A stretch of 64,000 bases of DNA from Candidatus Latescibacterota bacterium (GTDB lineage: Bacteria > Latescibacterota > UBA2968): NCBI GenBank assembly GCA_965208125.1, contig OZ242320.1, positions 5,024,001 through 5,088,000 of the forward strand. The letters are read 5' to 3'. Of this stretch, positions 46,469-56,268 are shown one piece after another. The translations under genes were made by a program, and so were the position numbers. Each line of letters begins with the position of its first letter. The stretch's first letter is position 1. The notes under the pieces are model-generated. The model saw nothing but the letters and a program-made list of their open reading frames with translations. It was not told the origin of the DNA and did not search any database.

Positions 46469-47944
46469 ATGTCTCAAATGCCCGTCATCATTGGCCTTTG
46501 CGCCTATGTTTTTCTCACCTTATTGGTCGGTGTCTATGCCGGCAGGCGCGTCAAAGATTCCGCTGATTTTGTCGTTGCTGGCCGGCGTCTGGGCATCTTG
46601 CTGGCCACGGGTACCCTTGCCGCCACCTGGTTTGGCACGGGCACTGTGCTCGGCGCAGCAGGCGCGGCTTACAAAGGTGGCTTTTTAGCCATTATAGCCG
46701 ATCCCTTTGGCGCAGCCCTGTGTCTATTTCTCGCGGGCCTTTTTTACGTACGGATGATGCGACGAATGGGTGTTTCTACCATTGCCGAGTTTTTTGAACG
46801 GAGATTTGGCAAAACAGCCGGTGTGGTAGCCGCTGCGTGTACGATTCCGGCCTATCTGGGCTGGGTTGCATCGCTGATGGTGGGATTTGGGAAAATTATC
46901 CACGCGCTCACGGGATTGGATGCGGTATTAGGCACCTGTCTGGGCGCTGCTATTGTGCTGATCTATACAACTGTAGGCGGCATGTGGGCGGTAACACTGA
47001 CAGACTTTATCCAGGTGGCTGTCTTAACCCTTGGACTGATCTTTATGACGCCCGTTCTTCTGAGCGACATGGGGGGATGGGCCGCCATACGAGCGCAACT
47101 GCCCGATGACCAATTTTATCTCTATCCCCGCGATGCAGACATGACCACCTGGTTTAATTATGCGCGCGCCTGGTTGGTAATTGGCCTGGGCAATCTCGCA
47201 GGGCAGGACCTTTTGCAACGCAGCCTATCCAGCCGAAACGAATCCGTCGCCCAGAACAGTGCGTATCTCTCTGGTATTATTTACCTGACCGTTGGCCTCT
47301 TGCCCGTTTTCCTGGGCATTGCGGCTACCCTCACATTTCCCAATCTGGCCGACCCCGAGCAGGTGATGATGAAACTCGCTGAAACCTATCTCCCCCCACT
47401 CGGCATGGCCGTTTTTATCGGTGCTTTGATCTCCGCACTGATGAGCAGTGCCGACAGTGCCTTGCTCGCCCCTGCCAGCGTGATTGGCAACGATCTGATT
47501 CGCTACTTGCGCCCCGATATAGACGCGAGAACCCAACTGCGCCTGTGCCGCTTGAGTGTCCCCATCCTCGGCGTCATCGCGCTTTATCTCGCCCTTTCAC
47601 ACGACACGGTTTACACGCTGATGGTCGATTCCTGGTCCATCTTACTGGCGACCCTCTTTGTCCCTCTCACAGCGGGTATCTGGTGGCGCAACGCCAATCG
47701 CTCTGGCGCGCTCTGGTCGATGATTTCAGGTGCTATCGCCTATCTCATCCTGCTCCAAATCGCGCCCGATCACCCCGCCGACCTCCTCGCAGTACCCATC
47801 GGCTTTCTCGCACTTGTCATCATAACCAAAGCGACCACAAAAACAGATCCACCCTTGCCTCTGAGCGATACGTCAGGAGTTCCCCTCCCCTATGAAAATC
47901 GCCTGGGTGCTCTAAACCCACTTCGAGGTTCATCCGATGAGTAA
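46469..47944 (+). CDS. Sodium:solute symporter family transporter
   Basis: DFVVAGRRL, ATWFG, YTTVGGMWAVTLTDFIQ, SALMSSADS; RBS GGAGG before ATG 46469. Confidence 0.92.
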   Translation: MSQMPVIIGLCAYVFLTLLVGVYAGRRVKDSADFVVAGRRLGILLATGTLAATWFGTGTVLGAAGAAYKGGFLAIIADPFGAALCLFLAGLFYVRMMRRMGVSTIAEFFERRFGKTAGVVAAACTIPAYLGWVASLMVGFGKIIHALTGLDAVLGTCLGAAIVLIYTTVGGMWAVTLTDFIQVAVLTLGLIFMTPVLLSDMGGWAAIRAQLPDDQFYLYPRDADMTTWFNYARAWLVIGLGNLAGQDLLQRSLSSRNESVAQNSAYLSGIIYLTVGLLPVFLGIAATLTFPNLADPEQVMMKLAETYLPPLGMAVFIGALISALMSSADSALLAPASVIGNDLIRYLRPDIDARTQLRLCRLSVPILGVIALYLALSHDTVYTLMVDSWSILLATLFVPLTAGIWWRNANRSGALWSMISGAIAYLILLQIAPDHPADLLAVPIGFLALVIITKATTKTDPPLPLSDTSGVPLPYENRLGALNPLRGSSDE

Positions 47945-47989
47945 ATTCACGGTTGCAAAAACGGAGTTGCTTCTGAAAAGAGATAACTT

Positions 47990-48934
47990 ATGCACAATAA
48001 CTTGTTTTCTACTTATCGCCAAGGCGAGAACCGCGTCACCGCTACATTCTTAGCTGTCCTTCAACGGTTGAGCTTACCCAACATAGACCGAATTCTTGGA
48101 ACACTTATTGGGGATACTGCTTTCAGTCTTGTCTCTTTCGAGAATCAGCCAAGAAGAGAGAGGTCGACACCTGACGCCAGAATTAGGACGGGATCTGCTA
48201 TCTGGATTGAGACCAAGACAGCCTCTAACGCGGTACGATCCGAACAGATCAGAAGACATTTGGAAAGTCTCAAAGATGGCGAACGCCTATTATTGCTGAC
48301 GCCAGACGACGATCAGCCAAAAGATATCGAAAATGGGGTTATCTGGTCGAACTTCAGAACTCTGATCACAGCTATTGAAGAAATCCTCGAGGATGAAAGT
48401 GAGCCTCCTTCCGAGAAAGAGGCATTTCTCCTGAGGGAGTTCATATTGATGATCCAAGAAGACGGACTTACAGGCTCTAACGAATCCAGAGTCCTCGTGG
48501 TCGCCGCCAGAGAGGCGTGGCCGGTATACAAGAAACTTAATGCATATATATGCCAGTCTAACCGTGGTTTCCAGCCTTCCGGACATCTGGCATTCTACGC
48601 AGAAGGCGCAGTCCAGCCACTTGTGCCCAAGATCAAGGCGGTAGTTGAATCGGTAAATCTAACGCGAGAAGGAATCGAATCTCTTGAGGGCGATCAGAAA
48701 GACCTTGCAGAAGAATTGCTGACACAGATTGAGAAGCTTCACTATAGCTGGCAGACTCAAAAAGTTATGTTTCTGAGCGAGCCTGATGATGATGAGACAG
48801 TAAAGCTGAAACAGAAGATTATCAATGACCAGAAAGATAAGAGTGGAAAGAATGTCGCGTTTGTAATGGGCCAGAGATACGTGACCTTAGAGTCACTTAA
48901 AACGGCAAGCAAGACCAGTGAATTAAAGCAGTGA
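47990..48934 (+). CDS. Putative PD-(D/E)XK nuclease with a second C-terminal domain
   Basis: ENRVT...TPDARI...IWIETK...QIRRH. Confidence 0.65.
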   Translation: MHNNLFSTYRQGENRVTATFLAVLQRLSLPNIDRILGTLIGDTAFSLVSFENQPRRERSTPDARIRTGSAIWIETKTASNAVRSEQIRRHLESLKDGERLLLLTPDDDQPKDIENGVIWSNFRTLITAIEEILEDESEPPSEKEAFLLREFILMIQEDGLTGSNESRVLVVAAREAWPVYKKLNAYICQSNRGFQPSGHLAFYAEGAVQPLVPKIKAVVESVNLTREGIESLEGDQKDLAEELLTQIEKLHYSWQTQKVMFLSEPDDDETVKLKQKIINDQKDKSGKNVAFVMGQRYVTLESLKTASKTSELKQ

Positions 48935-49074
48935 GAATAGTGAATTTTAAAAAAATCTTGACAGAACAATCAGGTTGCCCTTTTTATTTATCCATGGCTG
49001 AGAAATGCCACCGCAGATCTTTTTGTTCACAGAGACTACAAAAAAGGAATAACGCCACTGGGAGGTGATTCTTT

Positions 49075-49779
49075 ATGAACAACGAAAAATTTGATGCGCG
49101 CTTCGCACCTGCTTATGGTGTCTCAGAAGCGGCTCGCTATCTAAATATTCCACCTTCTACGCTCAGGTCCTGGATATCAGGAGTACAGTATCGTTCAGAT
49201 CGAAGCAACTTTGAACCTGTTATTAGTGTACCACCAGCAGAAATCGTGCAACTATCCTTTGTCAACTTAGTGGAGGCCTATGTCCTGGTGGCACTTCGCA
49301 GAGTCCACAAGGTGCGTTTGCAGGATATCCGGGTGGCACTGGATACACTTGAAAAACAGTTTCCTGAGCAACCTCACCCTCTGGCTTTTGAGACTTTCGC
49401 AACGGATGGAAAAGATCTGTTCTTAGAACATATCGGGCAGCTTATCAATCTCTCCAAGCGCGGACAACTGGAAATGGAAGAGGTCATTGACATGTATCTT
49501 CATCGTATTGAGTATGATACAAGTGGACCCGTTATCTTGTATCCCTTTACACGAGGCTCATTCCAGGAAGATGATCAACCGAAAGCCGTCTTGATGAATC
49601 CTTATATTTCTTTTGGCCGTCCTGTGCTTGCGGGAAGAGGTGTGCCGACCGAATTGGTCTTTGAGCGGTTCAACGCAGGTGAGTTAATGGGCACACTGGC
49701 TGAAGATTATGGCCGTAAGAGATGGGAGATTGAAGAGGTTATCAGGTATGAGTCAGCCAGAAGCAGAAAAGCAGCTTGA
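49075..49779 (+). CDS. DUF433/HTH antitoxin (VapB45-like)
   Basis: YGVSEAARYL..PPSTLRSW, LSFVNLVEA, ISFGRPVL.G.GVPT. Confidence 0.85.
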   Translation: MNNEKFDARFAPAYGVSEAARYLNIPPSTLRSWISGVQYRSDRSNFEPVISVPPAEIVQLSFVNLVEAYVLVALRRVHKVRLQDIRVALDTLEKQFPEQPHPLAFETFATDGKDLFLEHIGQLINLSKRGQLEMEEVIDMYLHRIEYDTSGPVILYPFTRGSFQEDDQPKAVLMNPYISFGRPVLAGRGVPTELVFERFNAGELMGTLAEDYGRKRWEIEEVIRYESARSRKAA

Positions 49780-50197
49780 CCTTCCACCCATTTTTGTAGA
49801 TCGCGCTCTTGACAGTCCTCTTTTTGTTGATCCATTGCGGATAGCACAGGTCATAATTGGGCATCTCACAGGGTTCCTGGAGGTCCACGCGCACAATGAC
49901 CTTTTCGATCCGGATACGCCCGATGAAACATGGATCAGGCATTGCGGACAAAACGGATGGATTGTATTTACAAAGGATAGCAGGATCAGATATCGGCAAA
50001 TGGAGAGACAGGCTGTTCAAACATATAACGCACGGCTTTTTAACTTAGCAACGCGCAAGAATATGACAGCTGAGGAAAATGCCCAAGCGTTTATTAAGGC
50101 GATTCCGCGAATTGCTCAATTCGTAAGGCGACATAAGCCACCTTTTATCGCAAAAGTCTCCCGATACGGCCAAGTTGAAATGGTTCTCAATCTGTAA
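49748..50197 (+). CDS. PIN-domain toxin (VapC45-like)
   Basis: FVDRAL, PDETWI..CG..GWIVFTKDSRIRY...E. Confidence 0.85.
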   Translation: MSQPEAEKQLDLPPIFVDRALDSPLFVDPLRIAQVIIGHLTGFLEVHAHNDLFDPDTPDETWIRHCGQNGWIVFTKDSRIRYRQMERQAVQTYNARLFNLATRKNMTAEENAQAFIKAIPRIAQFVRRHKPPFIAKVSRYGQVEMVLNL

Positions 50198-50202
50198 AAG
50201 TC

Positions 50203-50244
50203 AAAAAGCGCAGTTCCTTTGCAAAGGAACTGCGCCTATTTTAT
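50203..50244. terminator. Bidirectional terminator
   Basis: Perfect palindrome gcgcagttcctttgcaaaggaactgcgc (50208-50235) with flanking A and T runs. Confidence 0.85.
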
Positions 50245-50261
50245 TTATATGCGAGCAAACA

Positions 50262-51020
50262 TCACCCAGTCCGAACGCGATTGATCTTACTCGCTGCGAC
50301 ACCAGCACCAAATCCATTGTCGATATTGACCACCGTCACGCCCGACGCGCAACTGTTCAACATGCCCAGCAATGCTGCCAATCCCTTAAAACTCGCCCCA
50401 TATCCCACGCTGGTCGGCACGGCAATAAGCGGTACATTGACCAGACCGCCAACCACACTGGGCAGCGCTCCTTCCATACCGGCCACCACAATAATCACAC
50501 TCGCATCCAATAGACGGTCCTTGCACGCCAGCAAACGGTGAATTCCGGCAACCCCCACATCGTAAAGTGTTTCGACTTCATTGCCCATCACCCGCGCGGT
50601 TTCCACGGCTTCTTCTGCCACGGGCAAATCAGATGTCCCCGCAGACACAACCAGAATTTTACCCACAGTTTCCGCAGCGGGGATCTCTCCTGCAACTACC
50701 ACTGTGCGAGCGAGCGCATTGACATTTGCTTCGGGATATTTTGCGACCAGAGCGTCCCGCATCTCTGCATTTGTCCGCGTCGCCAGCAGTGTCGCACCCG
50801 ATGACACAATGCGATCTGCTATAGCGGTCACTTGTTCGACTGTCTTTCCCTCACAAAAAATAACTTCGGGAAACCCTTGTCTCAGTGTGCGATGGTGGTC
50901 AATGCGCGCAAAACCAAGCTCTTCAAAAGGCAGGTGTGCGAGGTGTGCAAACGCCTCATCCACATCCGTTTGCCCCTGTGCAACAGCCTCTAACAACGCG
51001 CGTATGCGTTCAGGTGTCAC
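50262..51020 (-). CDS. larB: Nickel pincer cofactor biosynthesis carboxylase LarB family
   Basis: [65 protein letters not shown]. Confidence 0.93.
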   Translation of the reverse strand: MTPERIRALLEAVAQGQTDVDEAFAHLAHLPFEELGFARIDHHRTLRQGFPEVIFCEGKTVEQVTAIADRIVSSGATLLATRTNAEMRDALVAKYPEANVNALARTVVVAGEIPAAETVGKILVVSAGTSDLPVAEEAVETARVMGNEVETLYDVGVAGIHRLLACKDRLLDASVIIVVAGMEGALPSVVGGLVNVPLIAVPTSVGYGASFKGLAALLGMLNSCASGVTVVNIDNGFGAGVAASKINRVRTG

Positions 51021-52000
51021 GCCGCCACCCCCGCTTTGATCTGTCTCAGCAAATCCATGAGATAATTCGGATCGTCTTCTGTCATCAATGTGCGACGATA
51101 AGGAGTAGCACCGGGCACACCCTTGATATATGCCGCGAGATGCCGGCGCATTTCCAGGACGCCATAGCGCAACCCCTTAAACGCTATAGACGCCTTGAGA
51201 TGGTGAACAGCCATTTCCAGACGATCCCTATCCGTTGGTCCGGGCAATAATTCTCCCGTATTCAGAAAGGCTTCCATGCGCTTAAAAAGCCATGGATTGC
51301 CAATAGCCCATCGCCCCACCATCACCAGATCGCAACCCGTTTTTTGCATCATCTCCTTTGCAGCCTCTGGCCCGCGCACATCGCCATTGCCGATTACGGG
51401 AATCGAAACCGCGTTTTTAACTTCCGCAATAATATCCCAGTCTGCTCTACCCGCAAATTTCGCCTCGCGCGTGCGCCCATGCACGGCAATTGCCGCTGCA
51501 CCAGAATCTTCAGCAATTCGCGCAACTGCAACTGCCTGATTGGCTTGCGCCCATCCACTTCTAATTTTCAGCGTCACGGGAATATCCACAGTACGCACCA
51601 TTGCGGCAATGATCTGTCCCAATTTTTCAGGTGTTTTGAGCAGAGCCGCACCCGCATTTCGCGTCACGATTTTTTTAACCGGACACCCGCAATTGATGTC
51701 GATAATATCCGGATTTCGCTCTGCCACAACCCGGGCACCTTCGGCCATGATCTCGGGTTCTGCACCGAACAACTGCGCGGAAATCGGAAACTCATCGGCT
51801 TCAAAATCGAGATATTGATTCGACCGCTCACTGCCCTCGGCCAATCCTTTGGCACTGACCATCTCCGTGACCGCAAAACTCGCGCCCTGTTGCCTGCACA
51901 ACATGCGGAATGACCGGTCTGTAATACCGGCCAATGGTGCCAGCGCTGTCCGTCCGGGAATATTTACATTGCCGATTTGTACACCCATAGCGTCATTCAT
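51017..52000 (-). CDS. dusB: tRNA-dihydrouridine synthase B
   Basis: [41 protein letters not shown]. Confidence 0.92.
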   Translation of the reverse strand: MNDAMGVQIGNVNIPGRTALAPLAGITDRSFRMLCRQQGASFAVTEMVSAKGLAEGSERSNQYLDFEADEFPISAQLFGAEPEIMAEGARVVAERNPDIIDINCGCPVKKIVTRNAGAALLKTPEKLGQIIAAMVRTVDIPVTLKIRSGWAQANQAVAVARIAEDSGAAAIAVHGRTREAKFAGRADWDIIAEVKNAVSIPVIGNGDVRGPEAAKEMMQKTGCDLVMVGRWAIGNPWLFKRMEAFLNTGELLPGPTDRDRLEMAVHHLKASIAFKGLRYGVLEMRRHLAAYIKGVPGATPYRRTLMTEDDPNYLMDLLRQIKAGVAA

Positions 52001-52845
52001 CCCGATTTTTCTCGCGCTTCTAACAATACTTTTGACAATTGTTCGGCAAATTTCACCTGACTATTGTCCTCGGGTTCATAGCCGATTTTCTTTCGCGCAT
52101 TGGAGATCGTCCAGAAATTGTGCGAATTGCCGCTAATACCGTAAAAAATCTGAAATGGGATACCATATTCATCTTCGATATTTTCAGCCTCAATGCTCTT
52201 CACAATCAACTGCACCTGATCCCGAATGCTCAAATACGCGCCCAAACCCCGATGCATGCTTTTCAAATTCGTGGATTTTGCGCGATCCATATCCGTCTCG
52301 CGCGGCCCACCTATTCGAATCTGCACATTTTCCAACTTCTTGCCGTCATTCATCAATCCCGTTGCAAAGGTAAAGCCCAACAATTCGTATTGCGCCTTTG
52401 CCCAGCCGTAATAATTGTCGGAAAGCGGGTACATCTCTGGCGTCACAAATTCCTGCTTGCCCGCCCAGATCAGATTTTCGTAATAATCTGCCGCGTGATT
52501 TGAACTGATGATCACAGCGCGTCGAACATTTTCCTCCACACACGTCTGATACACATTGTGCGCCATATCGATATTCGTCATCTCTGCCCAGAAGCGATCC
52601 GCATCATCTTTTGTCCGCACGAATCCGCAGTGGATAATCGCATCCTGCCCCCTGAAATATTCCCGATACGTATCCCGGTTCCGATTCGTCAAATCCGCAA
52701 TCGCCACATCGCTTACTTCCTCGCCTTCGCGATTGGTCGTCTTCACGTCTAAAACCGTCAGATCATATCGCTCGCGCAATGCAGGCAACATCCGCCCGGC
52801 CACATAACCCGTACCCCCCGTAATAAGTACCTTTCTCTTCGCCAT
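51997..52845 (-). CDS. NAD-dependent epimerase/dehydratase (uronate dehydrogenase-like)
   Basis: LITGGTGYVA, SSNHA, YGWAK. Confidence 0.8.
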   Translation of the reverse strand: MAKRKVLITGGTGYVAGRMLPALRERYDLTVLDVKTTNREGEEVSDVAIADLTNRNRDTYREYFRGQDAIIHCGFVRTKDDADRFWAEMTNIDMAHNVYQTCVEENVRRAVIISSNHAADYYENLIWAGKQEFVTPEMYPLSDNYYGWAKAQYELLGFTFATGLMNDGKKLENVQIRIGGPRETDMDRAKSTNLKSMHRGLGAYLSIRDQVQLIVKSIEAENIEDEYGIPFQIFYGISGNSHNFWTISNARKKIGYEPEDNSQVKFAEQLSKVLLEAREKSG

Positions 52846-52867
52846 ATCTGCTCCTCAGAATCAATCC

Positions 52868-53626
52868 TCACGACAATGGAAATGGCATCCCGACTTTTGG
52901 AAAATGCCCAAATTGATCTTCACCCCGCAACACAATGGGTTGCCATGATTGCTTGTGTGAATTGAGCGTGGTCTGTTTGACATGTGGGGGAATGAACCGA
53001 ACCGTCAGCCCGCATCGCCGCCGGTTTGATTGATTGGGATTACTCGCGTGAAATAATTGCCCGTCGTGAACCGACATCTGCCCGGCCCTCAACACAATAT
53101 CGACCGCCGCGCTATCATCGACATATTCATCGGGAATCTCCTGGTTAATACTCAGCAAATTGCCTTCCCGCGCGGATTTGTCGTGTACTGCAATTCCATT
53201 TTTGTGCGACCCCGGAATAAAGCGCATACACCCATTCTCCACATCCGCATCATCAATAGCAATCCATGCCGTATGTGCAATGGGTGGTTTAAGCCCCCAG
53301 TACGTAATATCCTGATGCCACGCCACAAATACCTTTGCCTCAGGATCGGGATATTTGCAAAAAAAGTGTGTGGACAACAGCATCACATTGTCGCCCATCA
53401 CGGCCTGCATCACGTCTAAGATCCGCTTATCCGTTGCCAGTTGCCAGATAAACACCTCGTCAAAATGCCGCCCCTGCAAGCCGATCTGGCATTTCTCCTT
53501 GCCTTCGCGCACTTCCAAATCGTCGAATAACGCGCGAAAATGCCCGATCTCGCGTTCTGAAAACACATCGACCTCTGTTAAAAATCCCTGCGTCTCATAA
53601 GTTTCGACCATAGAGTCTAAAGGCAT
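52868..53626 (-). CDS. Phytanoyl-CoA dioxygenase family protein
   Basis: WHQDITYW, TAWIAID, ENGCMRFIPGSH, FHAS.PN...RRCG. Confidence 0.9.
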   Translation of the reverse strand: MPLDSMVETYETQGFLTEVDVFSEREIGHFRALFDDLEVREGKEKCQIGLQGRHFDEVFIWQLATDKRILDVMQAVMGDNVMLLSTHFFCKYPDPEAKVFVAWHQDITYWGLKPPIAHTAWIAIDDADVENGCMRFIPGSHKNGIAVHDKSAREGNLLSINQEIPDEYVDDSAAVDIVLRAGQMSVHDGQLFHASNPNQSNRRRCGLTVRFIPPHVKQTTLNSHKQSWQPIVLRGEDQFGHFPKVGMPFPLS

Positions 53627-53711
53627 AGTACGTTCCTTTCGTGAGCATTGGTGAACAGTATATAAACTATATCGGCTGTCTTTTTTGCGCAACTCGTTTT
53701 CCAAATTGCTT

Positions 53712-53786
53712 AAAAAAGAACCGGTTCAAAAGCGATACCACGCGGAGCTTACCCCGCGCAGTGTTCGCATATCAAACCGGCTTTTA
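53712..53786 (-). terminator. Long multi-bulge hairpin with U-tract after the dapF-like gene
   Basis: Minus strand AAGCCGGTTTGA...GCGA...CGCGG-GGTAAGCT-CCGCG...TCGC...TGAACCGGTTC TTTTTT. Confidence 0.55.
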
Positions 53787-53803
53787 ACTGTTTGTTCACT
53801 TGC

Positions 53804-54676
53804 TCAGACGCCGATCTCGCGCAAAAAAGACGGACTCAGCGTACCGCGTACCACCTCTGCCACAGGTCCCGCCATTGTCAGGTTAAACGCTTCATCCACA
53901 TCGATCATCAACGTGCCTCCAGGCGCTTCTACCGTCACAGGTGATGCGACCAGTCCCAAACGCACCGCAGCACTTGCCGCAGCACAAGACGAAGAACCCG
54001 ACGCCTGCGTTTCACCTGCGCCGCGTTCCCATATCAAAATGAAAATTTTTTGATCCCCCGTGGGCACAACCAACTGCACATTGGTTCGTCTCGGAAAAAT
54101 CTCGTGGTTCTCCAACTCAGGTCCAAGACGCAACAAATCATCTCGCGACCACGCCTCGCCCCTGGGCTTAAACACCACGCAATGGGGATTGCCCACGCTC
54201 ACACCCGTAAATACCATATCCTCGCCAGCAGCAGTAATCGGCTGTTCGATCAGTTCTTCCACCTCGAGAGAACAGGGCAATGCCCCTGGTTCAAACGTCG
54301 CCTCCCCCATCTCTACAGTCGCCGCACTCGCATCACCCCATTTGTCGATATGCAAATCAATATGAACCAGCCCCCCTGGCGTATCGACTGAAAATGACGT
54401 TTTATCTACCTTACCAGTAGCATGCAAATACCTCGCAAAAATCCTCAATCCATTGCCCGATTTCTCTGCCTCACTGCCATCTGGATTCCATATCCGCAAC
54501 CCAAAATCCGCACGGTCAGACGCTTCCAATGTCAAAATGCCATCACTCCCCACTCCCCAATTGCGATCACAAATTTTCTCAATGCGCTCTGGCGTCAATT
54601 CAAATGTCAGTTCTTTTGGATCCATCACCAGATAATCATTGCCCAATCCATGACCCTTAAAAAATCCATTCTCCAT
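53804..54676 (-). CDS. dapF: Diaminopimelate epimerase-like protein with Ser at both catalytic positions
   Basis: FFKGHGLGNDY, GVGSDG, NPDGSEAEKSGNGLR, VGNPH, WERGAGETQASGSS. Confidence 0.8.
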   Translation of the reverse strand: MENGFFKGHGLGNDYLVMDPKELTFELTPERIEKICDRNWGVGSDGILTLEASDRADFGLRIWNPDGSEAEKSGNGLRIFARYLHATGKVDKTSFSVDTPGGLVHIDLHIDKWGDASAATVEMGEATFEPGALPCSLEVEELIEQPITAAGEDMVFTGVSVGNPHCVVFKPRGEAWSRDDLLRLGPELENHEIFPRRTNVQLVVPTGDQKIFILIWERGAGETQASGSSSCAAASAAVRLGLVASPVTVEAPGGTLMIDVDEAFNLTMAGPVAEVVRGTLSPSFLREIGV

Positions 54677-54710
54677 AACTGCTCCTGTTTTTTCGTAGTA
54701 ATCTGAAACC

Positions 54711-56006
54711 CTAACTGACGACCACCGCAATCCGATGCATTGAATTATTGAGATACCCCTTCGGATTCCAGGTAATGGCGTGCGGTTGGCTTATCCCTTG
54801 TGAATCGGTCGCCCTTGCCCAGATCTCGTAATACCCCGCTTTGGGAAATGCAATCTTCGCCCGCCAGTTCTGCCACGCATACGCATTCACTGGCTCGTCG
54901 AGCTTCGCATCAATCCATGTTGCGCCAAAGTCGATTGACAGATGGACAGCATCAACCTTCCGGTCTCCTGCCCAGGCGTGCCCACGCACTTCCAAAGTCC
55001 TCTCGCTCATCTTGTGACCAGTAGCTGGATTGGTAATTAACGACTTAACCTTCATAGCGTGGATAATCTCGAAGTCCTTCTCATCTACTTTTTCCCCAGG
55101 CGCTATCATCCGATTGGGTACCCGATAATCCATTCCCGTCATCTTCGGTCCATCGTGAACCCGATCTCGCAGCCAGATGCGAGTCAACCATTTCTGCGAG
55201 CAGGACCCCGACCAACCGGGAATGACCAGGCGCAACGGCGCACCGTTCATAGGATGGATCGGTTTGCCATTCTGGGCAAAAGCGATAAGGTTATGTTCGT
55301 CCATCGCCTTCTCAATCGGCACCCCGCGCGAAATGGGAAGCCGGCCCTCCTCACCAGAAACATGGGTATCAGCACCTACATGCGCGGTATAAACTACATT
55401 GTCTTTTACCTCAGCAGCCTTGAGAACATCGGCCAAGCGAACACCGGTCCACTCCGAGCAGGCCACAGCGCCATAGGTCCATTGACTACCGTCCGCAGAA
55501 GGCTCAAAAAAGGCGCGTCCATTGCCCCCGCACTCCAGTGTCAGTGCCCTATTAACGACTTCAAAGCGCTGCTTGAGGTCTTCGATGCTGAGTGTCATGG
55601 GATTATCCACCAGACCATCAATCGTCAGTTTCCAACCCACTGCATCCGTATTCTCCGGCGGAATGCCATTGTTGCGGATAAAATGCCTCTCAGTCGGGGT
55701 AATAGCATCATCGAGCAAGTGCGGTGGCGTTTCGGCATTCAATGGCCGGTCGTTGAGCACCGTCAAGCCATCCTTGCCCTGAATCATATCCTCCGCAGCG
55801 AGCGCGACAGGAATAAAATGAGCCGGAATATTCCGATGAAACGGGATCGCTGCCCCGACCATTGCCCCCATCACCGCCAACCCGGCCTTCTTCAAAAATC
55901 CCCGCCTATCGGGATACGTCTCGCGGCCAAACAATAAGTAATCAGCCTCATCGGGATCGCTCTGATAGAGTTCAAATAATCCCCGTACTGTATTTTTCTT
56001 GTGCAT
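54711..56006 (-). CDS. Tat-exported sulfite oxidase-family molybdoenzyme
   Basis: DRRGFLK, NAETP, HFIRNNG, LECGGNGR (Mo-ligand Cys), GAPLRLVIPGW, KWL, WNPKGYLNN. Confidence 0.92.
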   Translation of the reverse strand: MHKKNTVRGLFELYQSDPDEADYLLFGRETYPDRRGFLKKAGLAVMGAMVGAAIPFHRNIPAHFIPVALAAEDMIQGKDGLTVLNDRPLNAETPPHLLDDAITPTERHFIRNNGIPPENTDAVGWKLTIDGLVDNPMTLSIEDLKQRFEVVNRALTLECGGNGRAFFEPSADGSQWTYGAVACSEWTGVRLADVLKAAEVKDNVVYTAHVGADTHVSGEEGRLPISRGVPIEKAMDEHNLIAFAQNGKPIHPMNGAPLRLVIPGWSGSCSQKWLTRIWLRDRVHDGPKMTGMDYRVPNRMIAPGEKVDEKDFEIIHAMKVKSLITNPATGHKMSERTLEVRGHAWAGDRKVDAVHLSIDFGATWIDAKLDEPVNAYAWQNWRAKIAFPKAGYYEIWARATDSQGISQPHAITWNPKGYLNNSMHRIAVVVS

Positions 56007-56011
56007 TGTTA

Positions 56012-56239
56012 CTACCTCTTTTCCGCTGCCAGCATCAACCGCTCGCCTTTGGGTTCCGGTATTGGATCACCAAACTCTTTTGCGGTACCAATCTAGAGAG
56101 CTATCGCTTGATTGACGTTCTTGAGAGTGGCTTCTTGCGTGTCACCATGAGCCATGCATCCGGGAAGTTCGGGCACTTCAGCCACAAAAGCATCATCCTC
56201 GTTGCTCCAATAGAGAATGATCGCGTACTTGTACATCAT
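56012..56239 (-). pseudogene. hicB: hicB antitoxin interrupted by TAG at codon 49
   Basis: MMYKYAIILYWSNEDDAFVAEVPELPGCMAHGDTQEATLKNVNQAIAL*IGTAKEFGDPIPEPKGERLMLAAEKR; TAG at 56093-56095; absent from the ORF track. Confidence 0.85.
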
Positions 56240-56268
56240 TCATACTTCTCCACATTCACCGCAGCGGT

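Noticed and set aside
55059-55937. 292-aa plus-strand ORF
   Set aside because: Antisense to the sulfite oxidase gene; no protein-like motifs.
56093-56095. Amber codon in hicB as pyrrolysine or recoding
   Set aside because: TAG is used as a normal stop by many genes in the window, and the position is typically Trp, so a point mutation is simpler.
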